Positions 24,473 to 38,007 of a DNA stretch of 64,000 nucleotides are shown here, in pieces. The notes below the pieces were generated by a model that was not told the origin of the DNA, did no database searches, and saw only the letters and a program-made list of their open reading frames with translations. The position numbers and the translations under genes are program-made. This DNA is from Eledone cirrhosa (taxonomy: Eukaryota). The stretch spans positions 30,814,001 to 30,878,000 of the forward strand of contig OZ024758.1 of the NCBI GenBank assembly GCA_964016885.1, in the 5' to 3' direction. Positions within the stretch are counted from its first letter, which is position 1; every line of letters starts with the position of its first letter.

Positions 24473-24907
24473 ATACATCAAATAAAATCGTAATTGACAA
24501 TATACACAGGAATTGAACAAAGTCTGTTACACTGTCTTCTGTAATCAATAACGTAATCCATGATACATTAAAAAAAGACGATATTATATATAAACTGCAT
24601 TTGGAGAAAATTAGTGACGGAAATATATGCGATTATATGTGTTATAAAATAACGGCCATTAGCCGGAAGTGATGACATTTGACAATTTTAAAGAAGTGAA
24701 TAAATTATATTTAATCAATAGCCATGAAATTTAGTAGATAAATTATGTAATATTCATTAATTATTTATTCAAAGTAATCCAACTTATTTTACAAGCGGGG
24801 TAAACAAAAATATTCTGGATGCAGTCCCGCACTCCTTACTCTATTATAGTTAAGATAGAGAGACCAGCGTGTGTTGACTGATCGATGTTGCTTGGAGGTT
24901 TTATGCA

Positions 24908-25505
24908 CCAGTTGTAGACTTGGTCGTTTTATACTCCAGTTGTAGACTTGGTCGTTTTATACTCCAGTGGTAGACTTGGTCGTTTTATACTCCAGTGGTA
25001 GACTTGGTCGTTTTATACTCCAGTGGTAGGCTTGGTCGTTTTATACTCTAGTGGTAGACTTGGTCGTTTTATACTCCAGTGGTAGACTTGGTCGTTTTAT
25101 ACTCCAGTGGTAGACTTGGTCGTTTTATACTCCAGTGGTAGACTTGGTCATTTTATACTCCAGTGGTAGGCTTGGTCGTTTTATACTCCAGTGGTAGACT
25201 TGGTCGTTTTATACTCCAGTTGTAGACTTGGTCGTTTTATACTCCAGTGGTAGACTTGGTCATTTTATACTCCAGTGGTAGGCTTGGTCGTTTTATACTC
25301 CAGTGGTAGACTTGATCGTTTTATACTCCAGTTGTAGACTTGGTCGTTTTATACTCCAGTGGTAGACTTGGTCGTTTTATACTCCAGTGGTATACTTGGT
25401 CGTTTTATACTCCAGTGGTAGACTTGGTCGTTTTATACTCCAGTGGTAGACTTGGTCGTTTTATACTCCAGTGGTAGACTTGGTCGTTTTATACTCCAGT
25501 GGTAG
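24908..25505. repeat. Minisatellite, 28-bp unit, ~21 copies
   Basis: CCAGTGGTAGACTTGGTCGTTTTATACT. Confidence 0.95.
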
Positions 25506-25759
25506 AGAAAGGACGTCAGCAAATAGAGCTGAAATGCGAAATAGAAAGTGGTATTTCTGCAGAGTTATTCTGATCCCAGTAGAAGTATTAGGGAGAGTGG
25601 CTACAGGTTTCTTGAATATCATAGAAAAGTTAATTTCCTGACTCTACAGAAGGTTTGCTTGCTACAGAGATACTTAAAGGTGCAGCAGATAACTAACAAT
25701 TCAATTCAATTACTGGCTGACCGAGAAATATCAAAATACTGAGTAAAGAGAAGATAATA

Positions 25760-26070
25760 AGAATTGTTTCTAACATTGGCACGAGGCTAGCAATTTGGGA
25801 GAAGAAGTAAATCTATTATATCGACCTCAGTACTTAACTCGTACTGTATTTTATCGACTCCGGATGGATGAAACGCAAAGTCAATCTCGGCGAGATTTGA
25901 AATCAAAACGTTGAAATTCGTAACTAAATGCCGAAAAACATTTTGTCCGACACTCTACTGATACAGCCAATTCACCTCGAGAAAATAATAATAATAATAA
26001 TAATTGTTTCTACTTTTGGCACAAGGCCAGCAATTACCCAGTGCATTACTGGTACTTTATTTTATCGACT
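25760..26070 (-). mobile_element. Nin-domain SINE copies
   Basis: ttatcgac..ggatgaaa..caaagtc..cggcgagatttgaa pattern and the conserved tail aattgtttctacttttggcacaaggccagc. Confidence 0.7.
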
Positions 26071-26312
26071 AATGAAATCAAGGTCGTCCCGATTGTCATA
26101 GGCGCACTAGGTACTATCTCAAAGAGTTTCCAAGGATGGTTAAAGAAGATTAGTCCAGCCCCGCTTTTCGGAACACTTAAAAAAGCATGCTTGCTGGGAA
26201 CAGCAAGAACCCTCCGATACGTCCTGAATGTCTGAGGCTGCAGGTAGCGCCTTGTTATTCATTTCAACAAACTTTCCAGTTAAATAACATCATTGGCTGA
26301 GACTCAAAGAAC

Positions 26313-26342
<30 letters not shown>
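26071..26342 (+). mobile_element. R4/Dong-like (restriction-like endonuclease) non-LTR 3' end with (AAT)n tail
   Basis: EIKVVPIVIGALGTISK...LKKACLLGTARTLRYVLN*, then a short UTR and AAT repeats. Confidence 0.75.
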
Positions 26343-26343
<1 letters not shown>

Positions 26344-26579
26344 TTTTTTTGCAAATTATCGATCACTCATATATGATTTATTATCACTCTGTTGTGAATA
26401 TGATTTTAAACAGATAACGTTCACATGTATAAAGCAAGTGATATACTTGTAACTGTGTAAAGTAGGTGACGTGAACAATCTGGTGTGTACCTATCAATGT
26501 ATGTAGTGAGTTTATCTGCTGCAGGTGTTGGCAACACACATGGAAACCAAACACAAATAATAATAATGATGATAATAAT

Positions 26580-26912
26580 AAGGATTTCTTCGATAGGCAC
26601 AAGGACAGCAATTTGGAGGGAGGGAAAAGTCGATTAACCGACCCCACTGTATTACTGGTACTTTATTATATCGACCCCGTAAAGATGAAAAGCAAAGCTT
26701 AACTTCGGCAGGATTTAAAGTAATAATTGTTTCTACTTTTGGCACAAGGCCAGCAATTATCCAGTGCGTTACTGGGACTTTATTTTATCGACCCCGTAAG
26801 GATGAAAGGCAAAGTTAACCTCGGCGGGATTTGAACTCAGAATGGCAAGGGCCGTAACTCTATGTCAAAGCATGGCGTCCGACCTTCTACCGATACTGCC
26901 AATCCACCGCCC
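26580..26912 (-). mobile_element. Two adjacent Nin-domain SINEs
   Basis: Copy 26720-26912 is near full length, with tRNA-like head and Nin core. Confidence 0.8.
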
Positions 26913-27329
26913 ATTTAAGGTAATAATGATCATTTTTATTTGTCACGAGGGCCCAATTTATTGGGAACAATACAAGGACAAAAACAATATAAAGTGGGGT
27001 TTACATTAAGTAAAGGAAAGGGACCATCACTAACGAGAAAACAAAAGAAATAACACTAATAAAAATTGTACAAAATATACCCAATGATAGAAAACACTAA
27101 CACATGTCAACAAGAATAAGTTCTCCAATGGTGGGGACGGCACATTAGGGTAATTTCAAGGTGACACCCTAAAGAAAACCCCGGATTTCTCTGTACCTCA
27201 TGGGCATTGAACATACGCTCTCCCGGTTTCTTTCATCATCCTGCTTAATTATAATCAGAAGTAGAAGCAGCAGGTGCTTTCAGCGTCCTGAATACCATAG
27301 ATTGCTGTATTGCTATCCAGGGGCGTTTG

Positions 27330-27630
27330 AAGGCGGGTAGCTTTGTGGTATTCGGCTCACAACCGTGAGGTCATGAGTTCGAGTCCCAGCGGCGCGCTGT
27401 GTCCTTGAGCAAAACACTTTATTTCACATTGCTCCAGTCCACTCAGCTGGCAAAAATGAGTTGTACTTGTAATTCGAAAGACTAGCCTTGTCACATTCTG
27501 TGTCACACTGAATCTCCCTGAGAACTATGTTAAGGGTATGCGTTCTGTGGAATGCTCAGCCACTTGCACGTTAATTTCACAAGCAGACTATTCCGTTGAT
27601 CGAATCAACTAGAACACTCCTCGTTGTAAC
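27330..27630 (+). mobile_element. tRNA-derived SINE with CORE/V-like central domain
   Basis: B-box GAGTTCGAGTCCC followed by TGTGTCCTTGAGCAAAACACTTTATTTCACATTGCTCCAGTCCACTCAGC. Confidence 0.7.
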
Positions 27631-27714
27631 AACTGTGGTTCGTAGAATACAAATAGCCGGAAAAATATGGATACTGAGAGGCATTTAGTTTGGCACCCAA
27701 CTGACTCTGCCAGT

Positions 27715-28465
27715 CTATCACTATATATCGATATTAATTTATCACTACATATCGATATTAATCTATCACTATATATCGATATTAATTTATCACTACATAT
27801 CGATATTAATTTATCACTTATATATCGATATTAATTTATCACTACATATCGATATTAATCTATCACTACATATCGATATTAATTTATCACTTATATATCG
27901 ATATTAATTTATCACTACATATCGATATTAATTTATCACTACATATCGATATTAATTTATCACTACATAGCGATATTAATTTATCACTACATATCGATAT
28001 TAATTTATCACTACATATCGATATTAATTTATCACTACATATCGATATTAATTTATCACTACATATCGATATTAATTTATCACTACATATCGATATTAAT
28101 TTATCACTACATATCGATATTAATTTATCACTACATATCGATATTAATTTATCACTTATATATCGATATTCATTTTTCATTACATATCGATATTAATTTA
28201 TCACTACATATCGATATTAATCTATCACTACATATCGATATTAATTTATCACTACATATCGATATTAATTTATCACTACATATCGATATTAATTTATCAC
28301 TACATATCGATATTAATTTTTCATTACATATCGATATTAATTTATCACTACATATCGATATTAATTTATCACTACATATCGATATTAATTTATCACTACA
28401 TATCGATATTAATTTATCACTACATATCGATATTAATTTTTCATTACATATCGATATTAATTTAT
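27715..28465. repeat. Minisatellite, 24-bp unit, ~31 copies
   Basis: ATCACTACATATCGATATTAATTT; source of the spurious SDKLISIC ORF. Confidence 0.95.
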
Positions 28466-29080
28466 GGGGGTGATTGTGTGTGTGTGGGGGGGGGGGGGTA
28501 ACTGTGTGTGTGTTGGGGGGCTGTGTGTGTGTGTGGGGGGGTGACTTTGTGTGTGCGGGGTGGGTGACTGGGGGGGGGTGACTGTGTGGGGGGGTGACTG
28601 TGTGCGTGTGTGCGGCGTGACTGTGTGTGTGGGTGGGTGACTGTGTGTGTGTGGGGGGGGGACTGTGTGTGTGTGGGGGGGGGGATGTGTGTGTGGGTGA
28701 CTGTGTGTGTGTGTGAGGGGGGATATGTGAGTGGGTGACTCTATGTGGGTATGCGTATGTGTGTGTATGTCTATGTGTGTATGTCTCTGCGTGTCTCTAA
28801 GTGTGTGCGTGTGACTCTGTGCGCATGTGTGTGTCTGTTTGTGTGTATGTCTTTGTGTACTTGTGTTTATGTGTGTGCGATTCTGTGTGTGCGTGTGTGT
28901 GTGCATGTGCATGTGTATGTGTGTGCATGTATGTGTGTGCATGTGTATGTGTATGTGTGCGTGTATGTATGTGTGTGTGCATGTGTGTGTGTGTGCATGT
29001 GTGTGTGTGCATGTGTGTTTGTGTGTGCATGTGTGTGTGTCTTGGTGCGGTGGTGTGTGGTTGTCAGCATGTGTATGTAT
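28466..29080. repeat. G/GT-rich low-complexity tract
   Basis: (GT)n and G-runs. Confidence 0.9.
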
Positions 29081-29239
29081 ATACTACGTTGATTAAGTCA
29101 GGCAGTTTGCCAATCTCCTTATTTAAAATCTGCCACGAGAAACTGTTCTCATAAAATTGTGGCCATATTTAAATTTAGAAAGTAAATATTAAGTCCATGA
29201 CCTAAGTTGGTTTTCATGCAACTGTCAATGTCACAGCAC

Positions 29240-31300
29240 ATTAGTTACCTCACACTACCTTAGTTACGTCACATCACCTTAGTTACGTCACATTACCTTA
29301 GTTACGTCACATCATCTTAGTTACGTCATGCAACCTTAGTTAAGTCACACCACCTTAGTTACGTCACACCACCTTAGTTACCTCACACTACCTTAGTTAC
29401 GCCACACTACCTTAGTTACGTCACACCACCTTAGTTACGTCACACTACCTTAGTTACCTCACACTACCTTAGTTACGTCACATCACCTTAGTTACGTCAC
29501 ACTACCTTAGTTACGCCACACTATCTTAGTTACGTCATGCTACCTTAGTTACGTCACACTACGTTAGTTACGTCACACTACGTTAGTTATGCCTCACTAC
29601 CTATTTACGTCACACTACCTTAGTTACATAACATTACCTTAGTTACGTCACACTACCTCAGCTATGTCACACTATCTTAGTTACGTCACATCACCTTAGT
29701 TACGTCACACAACCTTAGTTACGTCACACTGTGTTAGTTACGCCACACAACCTTAGTTACGTCACACTACCTTAGCTACGTCAAACTAGCTTAGTTACGT
29801 CACACTACTTTAGTTACATCACACTACCTTAGTTACGTCACATCGCCTTGGCTACGTCACACTACATTAGTTACATCACACCACCTTAGTTACATCACAC
29901 TACCTTAGTTACGTCACATTACCTTAGTTACGTCACACCACCCTAGTTACGCCACATCACCTTGGTTACGTCACATCACCTTAGTTACGTTACACCACCT
30001 TAGTTACGTCACATTGCCTTAGTTACGTCAGATTGCCTTAGTTACCTCACATCGCCTTAGTTACGTCACATTACCTTAGTTACGTCACATTACCTTAGTC
30101 ACCTCACATCACCTTAGTTACGACACATTACCTTAGTTACCTCACACCACCTTAGTTACGTCACATTACCTTAGTTACGTCACATCATCTTAGTTACGTC
30201 ATGCAACCTTAGTTAAGTCACACCACCTTAGTTACGTCACACCACCTTAGTTACCTCACACTACCTTAGTTACGCCACACTACCTTAGTTACGTCACACC
30301 ACCTTAGTTACGTCACACTACCTTAGTTACCTCACACTACCTTAGTTACGTCACATCACCTTAGTTACGTCACACTACCTTAGTTACGCCACACTATCTT
30401 AGTTACGTCATGCTACCTTAGTTACGTCACACTACGTTAGTTACGTCACACTACGTTAGTTATGCCTCACTACCTATTTACGTCACACTACCTTAGTTAC
30501 ATAACATTACCTTAGTTACGTCACACTACCTCAGCTATGTCACACTATCTTAGTTACGTCACATCACCTTAGTTACGTCACACAACCTTAGTTACGTCAC
30601 ACTGTGTTAGTTACGCCACACAACCTTAGTTACGTCACACTACCTTAGCTACGTCAAACTAGCTTAGTTACGTCACACTACTTTAGTTACATCACACTAC
30701 CTTAGTTACGTCACATCGCCTTGGCTACGTCACACTACATTAGTTACATCACACCACCTTAGTTACATCACACTACCTTAGTTACGTCACATTACCTTAG
30801 TTACGTCACACCACCCTAGTTACGCCACATCACCTTGGTTACGTCACATCACCTTAGTTACGTTACACCACCTTAGTTACGTCACATTGCCTTAGTTACG
30901 TCAGATTGCCTTAGTTACCTCACATCGCCTTAGTTACGTCACATTACCTTAGTTACGTCACATTACCTTAGTCACCTCACATCACCTTAGTTACGACACA
31001 TTACCTTAGTTACCTCACACCACCTTAGTTACGTCACATTACCTTAGTTACCTCACACCACCTTAGTTACGTCACATTACCTTAGTTACCTCACACCACC
31101 TTAGTTACGTCACATTACCTTAGTTACCTCACACCACCTTAGTTACGTCACATTACCTTAGTTACGTCACCTGACCTTAGTTACGTCACATTACCTTAGT
31201 TACGTCACATGACCTTAGTTACGTCACATTACCTTAGTTACGTCACATGACCTTAGTTACGTCACATGACCTTAGTTACGTCACATTACCTTAGTTACGT
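29240..31300. repeat. Minisatellite, 19-bp unit (~108 copies) with an 873-bp higher-order duplication
   Basis: Unit CCTTAGTTACGTCACACTA. The variant string ATCATCTTAGTTACGTCATGCAACC occurs at 29311 and 30184. Confidence 0.95.
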
Positions 31301-31347
31301 CTTCCTACACTATATAGCTGACGAAAGGGATTCATATCGGCAATGCG

Positions 31348-32238
31348 CGTGTATGTGTGTATATATGTGTGTATATATATGTGTATGTGTGTATGTGTAT
31401 GTGTATGTGTGTATATATGTGTGTATATATATGTGTATGTGTGTATGTGTATGTGTATGTGTGTATATATGTGTGTATATATATGTGTATGTGTGTATGT
31501 GTATGTGTATCTGTGTATATATGTGTGTATATATATGTGTGTATGTGTATGTGTGTATATGAGTATGTGTATATGTGTGTGTATGTGTGTATATATGTGT
31601 ATATGTGTATGTGTGTGTATATGTGAGTATACGTGTGTATATGTATGTGTATATGTGTGTATATGTGTGTATATGTGTGTGTATGTGTGTGTATATGTAT
31701 GTGTATATGTGTGTATATGTGTGTATATGTGTGTATATGTGTTCGTATATCTGTGTGTATATAGGTGTGTATATGTGTATATGTACGTGTATGTGTGCAT
31801 ATGTGTGTATATGTGTGCATATGTGTGTGTATATGTGTGTATATGTATGTCTATATGTGTGCATATGCGTGTGTATATGTGTGCACATGTGTGTGTGTAT
31901 ATGTGTGTATATGTATGTTTATATGTGTGCATATGTGTGTGTATATGTGTGTATATATATGTCTATATGTGTGCATATGTATGTGTATATGTGTGCATAT
32001 GTGTGTGTATATGTGTGCATATGTGTGTGTATATGTGTGCATATGTATGTCTATATGTGTGCATATGTGTGTGTATATGTGTGCACATGTGTGTGTATAT
32101 GTGTGCATATGTGTGTATATGTGTGCATATGTGTGTATATGTATGTGTATATGTGTGTATATGTATGTCTATATGTGTGCATATATGTGTGTATATGTGT
32201 GCACATGTGTGTGTGTATATGTGTGCATATATATGTGT
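31348..32238. repeat. (ATATGTGTGT)-type compound microsatellite
   Basis: Direct inspection. Confidence 0.95.
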
Positions 32239-32874
32239 AAATTCCAGGCTGATATTCTCCATCGGTGTGCATCCTTCCCTAGATCAATGGCCACTGGTAT
32301 GTGCTAAAACTTATAATGAAATATCGAGTTATTGTGATATTGAGGTTTAATTGATACCTGACAACAACAACAATCGGTTTGATTGGTTGAGAATCCATTG
32401 AGACGACGGATTTGGAATGTATTCATTTCTCTTTCTTAATACGAACACATCTGAAATGTGACATGATGACACTTGTCACTGGCAGATATGTCTATGGAAA
32501 GGTACAGTGCTTTTATGTAATACTAGATTAAATGTAATGATCGAACGAGAGAGATAAAGCAACTATTATTGACTTTTGTCATAGTTTTTAGACATCTATT
32601 GGTGATAGCAAAAGGAAGGGGAACAAGCACTGAATATTATCTATAACTACTGTAAATTCTGACTTGGAAATACCATAGAGAAAATGACAGGTAGAAACTC
32701 GTTTGAGGATGTGTTGTTGCTGTTGCTGTTGTTGTTGTTGTGGTGGTGGTGTTTTGTTGGTGTTGTTGTCGTTTAGCCCCAACTCAGCTCTGATTGATAA
32801 AAGACTTTCCTGTAACATTAAAACAGAGTAACTAGGATCACATTATAAATATAATCTGAGTTTTTCGAATATTA

Positions 32875-33055
32875 ATAATTGTTTCTAGTTTAGGCACAAG
32901 GCCAGCAATTACCCAGTGCATTACTGGTACTTTATTTTATCGACCCCGTGAGGATGAGAGGCAAAGTCAACCTCGGTGGGATTTGAACTCAGATCGTAAA
33001 GGGACGTAACTATGCTGGAAAGCATGGCGTTCGACCCTCTACCGATACTGCCAAT
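32875..33055 (-). mobile_element. Nin-domain SINE
   Basis: Near-full copy, homologous to 51475-51655. Confidence 0.8.
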
Positions 33056-33242
33056 TCACCATGTGAACAGAACTGCAGACACATGCCAACACAAGATCAA
33101 GAATGAAGTGTTCATTCTACTGACATGGCTATAAAATTGAAGCTTGTTTGCATAATTGCAAACGAATCGAATGTTATTATTAATATTCGAAAAACTCAGA
33201 TTACATTTATTGTATTCAGTCATGTAGAGCGAAATTTTCTTT

Positions 33243-33311
<69 letters not shown>

Positions 33312-33454
33312 GTGTTAAACAATATTCAATGATTATGTCAAAGAATGAGTTTTACAGTAGATTGGAAGCACTCAACGGTAAAAAAAAATTTTTCTGGAGT
33401 TATTAATATTAAAATATAAGTATTAATAAAATAGATGTTCTTTTAATCAATTAC

Positions 33455-33507
33455 ATTTTATTATACATATTTCGGATGTACAACAGTACGTCCTCATCAG
33501 ACAAAAT
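33455..33507 (-). ncRNA. Type I hammerhead ribozyme in a TA-flanked fold-back element (33307-33650)
   Basis: ATTTTGT-CTGATGA-GGACGTAC(TGTT)GTACATCC-GAAAT-ATGT-ATA/ATAAAAT. The inverted arm 33573-33650 starts inside stem II. Confidence 0.8.
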
Positions 33508-34233
33508 ATAATGATACATGACATACCCTGAGATGTTAAATGGTTAAGATTTAATCAAGGTAGTCTACCTGGTGTACATCCGAAATATGTATAATAAAAT
33601 GTAATTGATCAAAAGAACATCTATTTTATTAATACTTATATTTTAATATATATATATATATATAGGCTGCCATTTCTAGCGGCTAGTTCTGTTCATACCA
33701 ACGGTCACTGCCTCGTACACACGCGCTACAGGTCAGTTCCTATAATTACCTTTAGTAGTGGGGAAAATATCATCTTGAGCAGATGCTGATGACCCAACAG
33801 CTGAGTTTCAACCCACTTATAGTGAGTTTCTACAAGTGCGATTTAGTTATGAGGTAGGTTTATCATTTTAATTTATCCTTTTAATTATTCATTTTCTCCT
33901 ACACCTCTCTTAGCTCATATTCTCCTCACGCAGGTGGTTAAAATCCTGTAAATGAAAACACTCTTCTGTGTTTTTCCTCTCTATATTGTATATATGTATA
34001 TATATATATAAATGTAAGTATGTATGTATACGTACATACATATATGTATACAGACGTACAGTAGTATGTATATATATACACACATGCACATATATATATA
34101 TATGCACGAATCGGTTTACCGAACATTTATTATAATGCTCGGTTTGTTTGTTTGTAAACAAATAAACAGCCCGAATTACGCCGTACAGTGTTTAGGCAAC
34201 CACGTCACCTTTCCGTTCAACACTGACACAGGA

Positions 34234-34276
34234 ACGATGTACTAGTTTCAAGCTTATTAGCTATCGTCAGCATCGT
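34234..34276 (-). ncRNA. Minimal type I hammerhead ribozyme
   Basis: ACGATG-CTGACGA-TAGCT(AATA)AGCTT-GAAAC-TA-GTA/CATCGT; perfect 6-bp stem I. Confidence 0.85.
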
Positions 34277-34612
34277 ACACTTTCCTGCCAGATGGTTGAA
34301 CGTCTGAAAGTATATACTTTCCTTATGCATATTAACGGCTGAGCAGCATGTGCATGTATGTATATATATACATACTACTGTACGTCTGTATATATATATA
34401 TATATGTATGTACGTATACATACATACTTACATCTAAGTAAGTGCCGTACTAAGATTGAGAAATGAAATTTCGTTTCATACTATTCCATTTATCGTTTTC
34501 GGTGTGCCCGGCCGACTGAACTCACTCGATATGCAAATTAGGCTGCTCAGCCGTTAATATGCATAAGGAAGGTATATACTTTCAGACGTTCAACCATCTG
34601 GCAGGAAGGTGT

Positions 34613-34655
34613 ACGATGCTGACGATGGCTAACAGGCTTGAAACTAGTACATCGT
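34613..34655 (+). ncRNA. Minimal type I hammerhead ribozyme
   Basis: ACGATG-CTGACGA-TGGCT(AACA)GGCTT-GAAAC-TA-GTA/CATCGT. Confidence 0.8.
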
Positions 34656-35819
34656 TCCTGTGTCAGTGTTGAACGGAAAGGTGACGTGGTTGCCTAAACA
34701 CTGTACGGCGTAATTCGGGCTGTTTGTTTGTTTACAAACAAACACACCGAGCATTATAATAAATGTTCGGTAAACCGATACGTGCATATATATATATATG
34801 TATGTATATATATATACATGCTACTGTACGTCTGTATACATATATGTATGTACGTATACATACATACACACTTACATTTAAGTAACTGCCGTACTAAGAG
34901 TGAGAAATGAGATTTCGTTTCATTCTATTCCATATATATATATATACAGTATATATATATATTTATGCATGTGTGTGCAAAAAGTAACCGGAAACAACAA
35001 TACAATGCTTAACATAGTAGGGAGATAGTCTTTACGTTTCAGAAGATAGATTGAGAAATAAAAGAAAAAGCACAATTATATTCAGCTAGCCATTTGTATA
35101 TCTAAAAAAAAATGAACAATCGTCCCCAACCCTCAAGCGTGAAACTAATACCAACACTGTTCGTAACTGCACTCCTTGTTATTGTTTTTGCATGTATGTC
35201 TGACTATATCTCTCCATGCCTGTGGCTTCAATTGTTTCTTTATGTCGTGTAAGTTAGTAGTTTGTAACAAAAGAAAGTGGTGCCCTAGCATGGCTGCAGT
35301 GAAACGACTAAAATCAGTAAAAGAATAAAATGTACATAATATATAAGTACGTATGTTATCTCTTTCTCTTAATTTCGAGTATTTTTTTTGACCGGCCACC
35401 TTCCTGGTGGCAAGGTTGTAAAAGAAGTCATCCCTTGAATCGCAAGAATGTTTTGCTGGATACCCGATCGCGCGGTTAAACCACTGGGAGTGAAGGACCC
35501 CTAGCCTTTGTCAGGGCATTCTTCTTGGAGAAGGCAACTCAGGAAACTGTGATAACTCCAATATAAAACCTGCGGCTCAGTAGTTACCGAGGATGTTGAT
35601 CTTTTCTTCTTTTCGGGTTATAGCTACTGTCGCTCAGAGAGTGGGATTGGCTCAGTGCACAGTCTTTCCTCACTTATATACATTTAAAAAAATCTTAACG
35701 CACAGGCACTGCACGATAGCATTAATTGATACTTATTAATAATGTTATATCGAGCAATGGCCATACTCGATAACGAGGGGGCAGCCATCATCATGTATGT
35801 ATGGATGGATGTATGCATT

Positions 35820-35855
<36 letters not shown>

Positions 35856-35891
35856 CGTGATATATATGTATCTATATATATATATATGTGC

Positions 35892-35935
<44 letters not shown>

Positions 35936-35936
35936 A

Positions 35937-36230
35937 AGGCGGGTAAAATTCCCGAGATCCATGGACGAGTTCTCTCCAGCGGTCTCTGTCCCTCATTATC
36001 GCTGCCATGTCTCAGAGCTGTATGGGAGCATACCAAAAGTCAGCTCAAAAGTGACACAGAGGAGACTAAGGTTAGCTGGACATGCTCACCGACATCCAGA
36101 GTTGACATTGCACTCAGTGCTCCTTTGGGAGCCCCTACATGGACACACTAGAAGAGGAAGACCAATGTTAACGTATGTTGATGCCCTAAGGACAGACACT
36201 GGTCTGTTGGAGACGCAGGACATGGCAGCG

Positions 36231-36232
<2 letters not shown>
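35937..36232 (-). mobile_element. RTE LINE 3' end with inverted upstream segment (36009-36232 on +)
   Basis: Same 3' terminus GGCGGGTAAAATTCCCGAG as at 1445 and 43778; the plus arm encodes RRLRLAGHAHRHPE. Confidence 0.85.
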
Positions 36233-36284
<52 letters not shown>

Positions 36285-37735
36285 ACGCACACACACGCAC
36301 ACACACACACGCATATATATATATATATAATGTATGTATAAATGTAAAGTGCATATTTGTGTTTATTTGGGTACATATTTGTAAGCTATATATTTGTGAG
36401 ACGGTGATTATGGTATGCATGCGTAAATCTTTATATAAAATCGTGACTGGTATCGAGAATAGCTCATATACAGATGACATTTCCGGTTTGGTTCTAAGAA
36501 AGAGAAACTCGTGCGTAATATTAATTCTACAACTCAAAAAGTCAAACGAAGCCTCTGTCGTAGAAAGTGGTTGAAAAATGTAATTTTATTTATTTGTATT
36601 CTCTTTTGTGACTGCCAGGCGGCCTCAGACAGAAAGTAATTATGTTTCTGAACACTTTTAGTTTTTCATCTATTTACTTTACTCACCGTATTAAAAATAA
36701 CTTTCACGTAACAAACAACGAAACAAACAAACACGCTATGTCAATATCATTATAGTATAATTTCGAAAAAGTAAGCTAAGGGAAATAACAAAAGTGGATT
36801 AATGACATGTATTTACACAATTCAGCTAGATAGTGATGTATTGAACGGCGTACCTAAAATATTCTAAATGCATTACCTCAGAAACGAATGGATTTAATGC
36901 AATCATCAGATGTTGACCATTCAATTATCGTTTTAGATTTCCAGTTTTCTTTCCTATATGATCCCAATAGGAGCAATTTCCATAGCTATTGCATGCACCC
37001 ACAGATAAAATTATATACGGTTTAGTTAGAGATAGAAAGGCAGCTCCACTGTCCCTTTTCTTGACCTTCGAAGACTACTTAATGGAAGGAGGAATTTATT
37101 CTCTGACCTGATATTTAACTTAGCCCGAATGCTTGCAATAGAGTAGCCCTCGACAAAAGGTACCCAACAATCAGTTAGATGTACTTAAATGAATGACAGA
37201 TTAAATAGATATTTGATTAAATCTACCACCTAAAACCAACCCCACGACGGTATTCTACAGTTTTCATCTATCAAGCTTCACAATCTGATGTCTAGTGGAG
37301 ATTTATTCCTTTTTACCAAAACCTCTGAGTAAACAAAATAAACGAACGAATTTAAGAAAGTTACAGTTTGGGAGTCGAAATCTTGTATAAAATGTGTTTA
37401 ATTATATATGTTTGAGTGTGGAAAGAAATATTGAACGAAATATACTTATATTTATATATTGCTACTGATAGCTACATTGACGAATTTTACAAAGTGCTGG
37501 AAGTGAAAGGTAAAGTTAGCTGCACCTGCAAGTAGATTAGTAGATTAACTGTTGTTGTCATGGAAATAATGCAAAATCAGTAACAGGTTATATATAAAGA
37601 AGCACTCCTTCAGGTAGTTGTCCAACTCTGTATCATATCTCTTATCCATTGTTTCATAATATATCTATATTTGTAGATATATACAAGGCGACGAATAGGC
37701 AGAGTCGTAAAGACGTTATGTAGAATGCTTTACGG

Positions 37736-38007
37736 CAGGCATGGGCAATCTGCGGCCCGCGGATCGCATGCGGCTCGCAAAGCTTTCTGAATGGCTCGTC
37801 TAAGTCACCTAAGTAAAATCTTTCTGATTTTATTTACCCCTACTTTTCAGTCGTAATTTATCTTTCTATCATTTTTACGGTCGAGGAAAACAGAGTGTAC
37901 GAATTCTGAAGAAACAAATCAAAACAACCTGAATTGCCGCCCTTTTTTTAATGTGGGCACGAATGTAAATTAGCGCTTGCGGCCCGCCTGATGATGAGCC
38001 ATGCTTG
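37736..38007. mobile_element. hAT-type MITE (degenerate)
   Basis: CAGGCATGGGCAA...GAGCCATGCTTG imperfect TIRs with subterminal GCGGCCCGC motifs. Confidence 0.6.

Larger units (their letters stand above)
34010..34932 (+). mobile_element. Non-autonomous HHR element (ACTAGT family): inverted arm 34010-34346 plus more than one unit (446 bp) at 34347-34932
   Basis: CTGTACGTCTG at 34378 and 34824; HHRs on both strands. Confidence 0.8.

Noticed and set aside
24653-24675. GCCAT plus CCGGAAGT (YY1/ETS-like) promoter motif; similar at 42415-42445
   Set aside because: Short motifs expected by chance, with no linked gene or CpG island.
27887-28180. SDKLISIC repeat protein, and the QQRPAASG ORFs at 50934-51318
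   Set aside because: In-frame read-through of 24-bp minisatellites.
31318-31345. CTGACGA core-like sequence
   Set aside because: No downstream stem II-GAAA-NUH; at most a truncated remnant.
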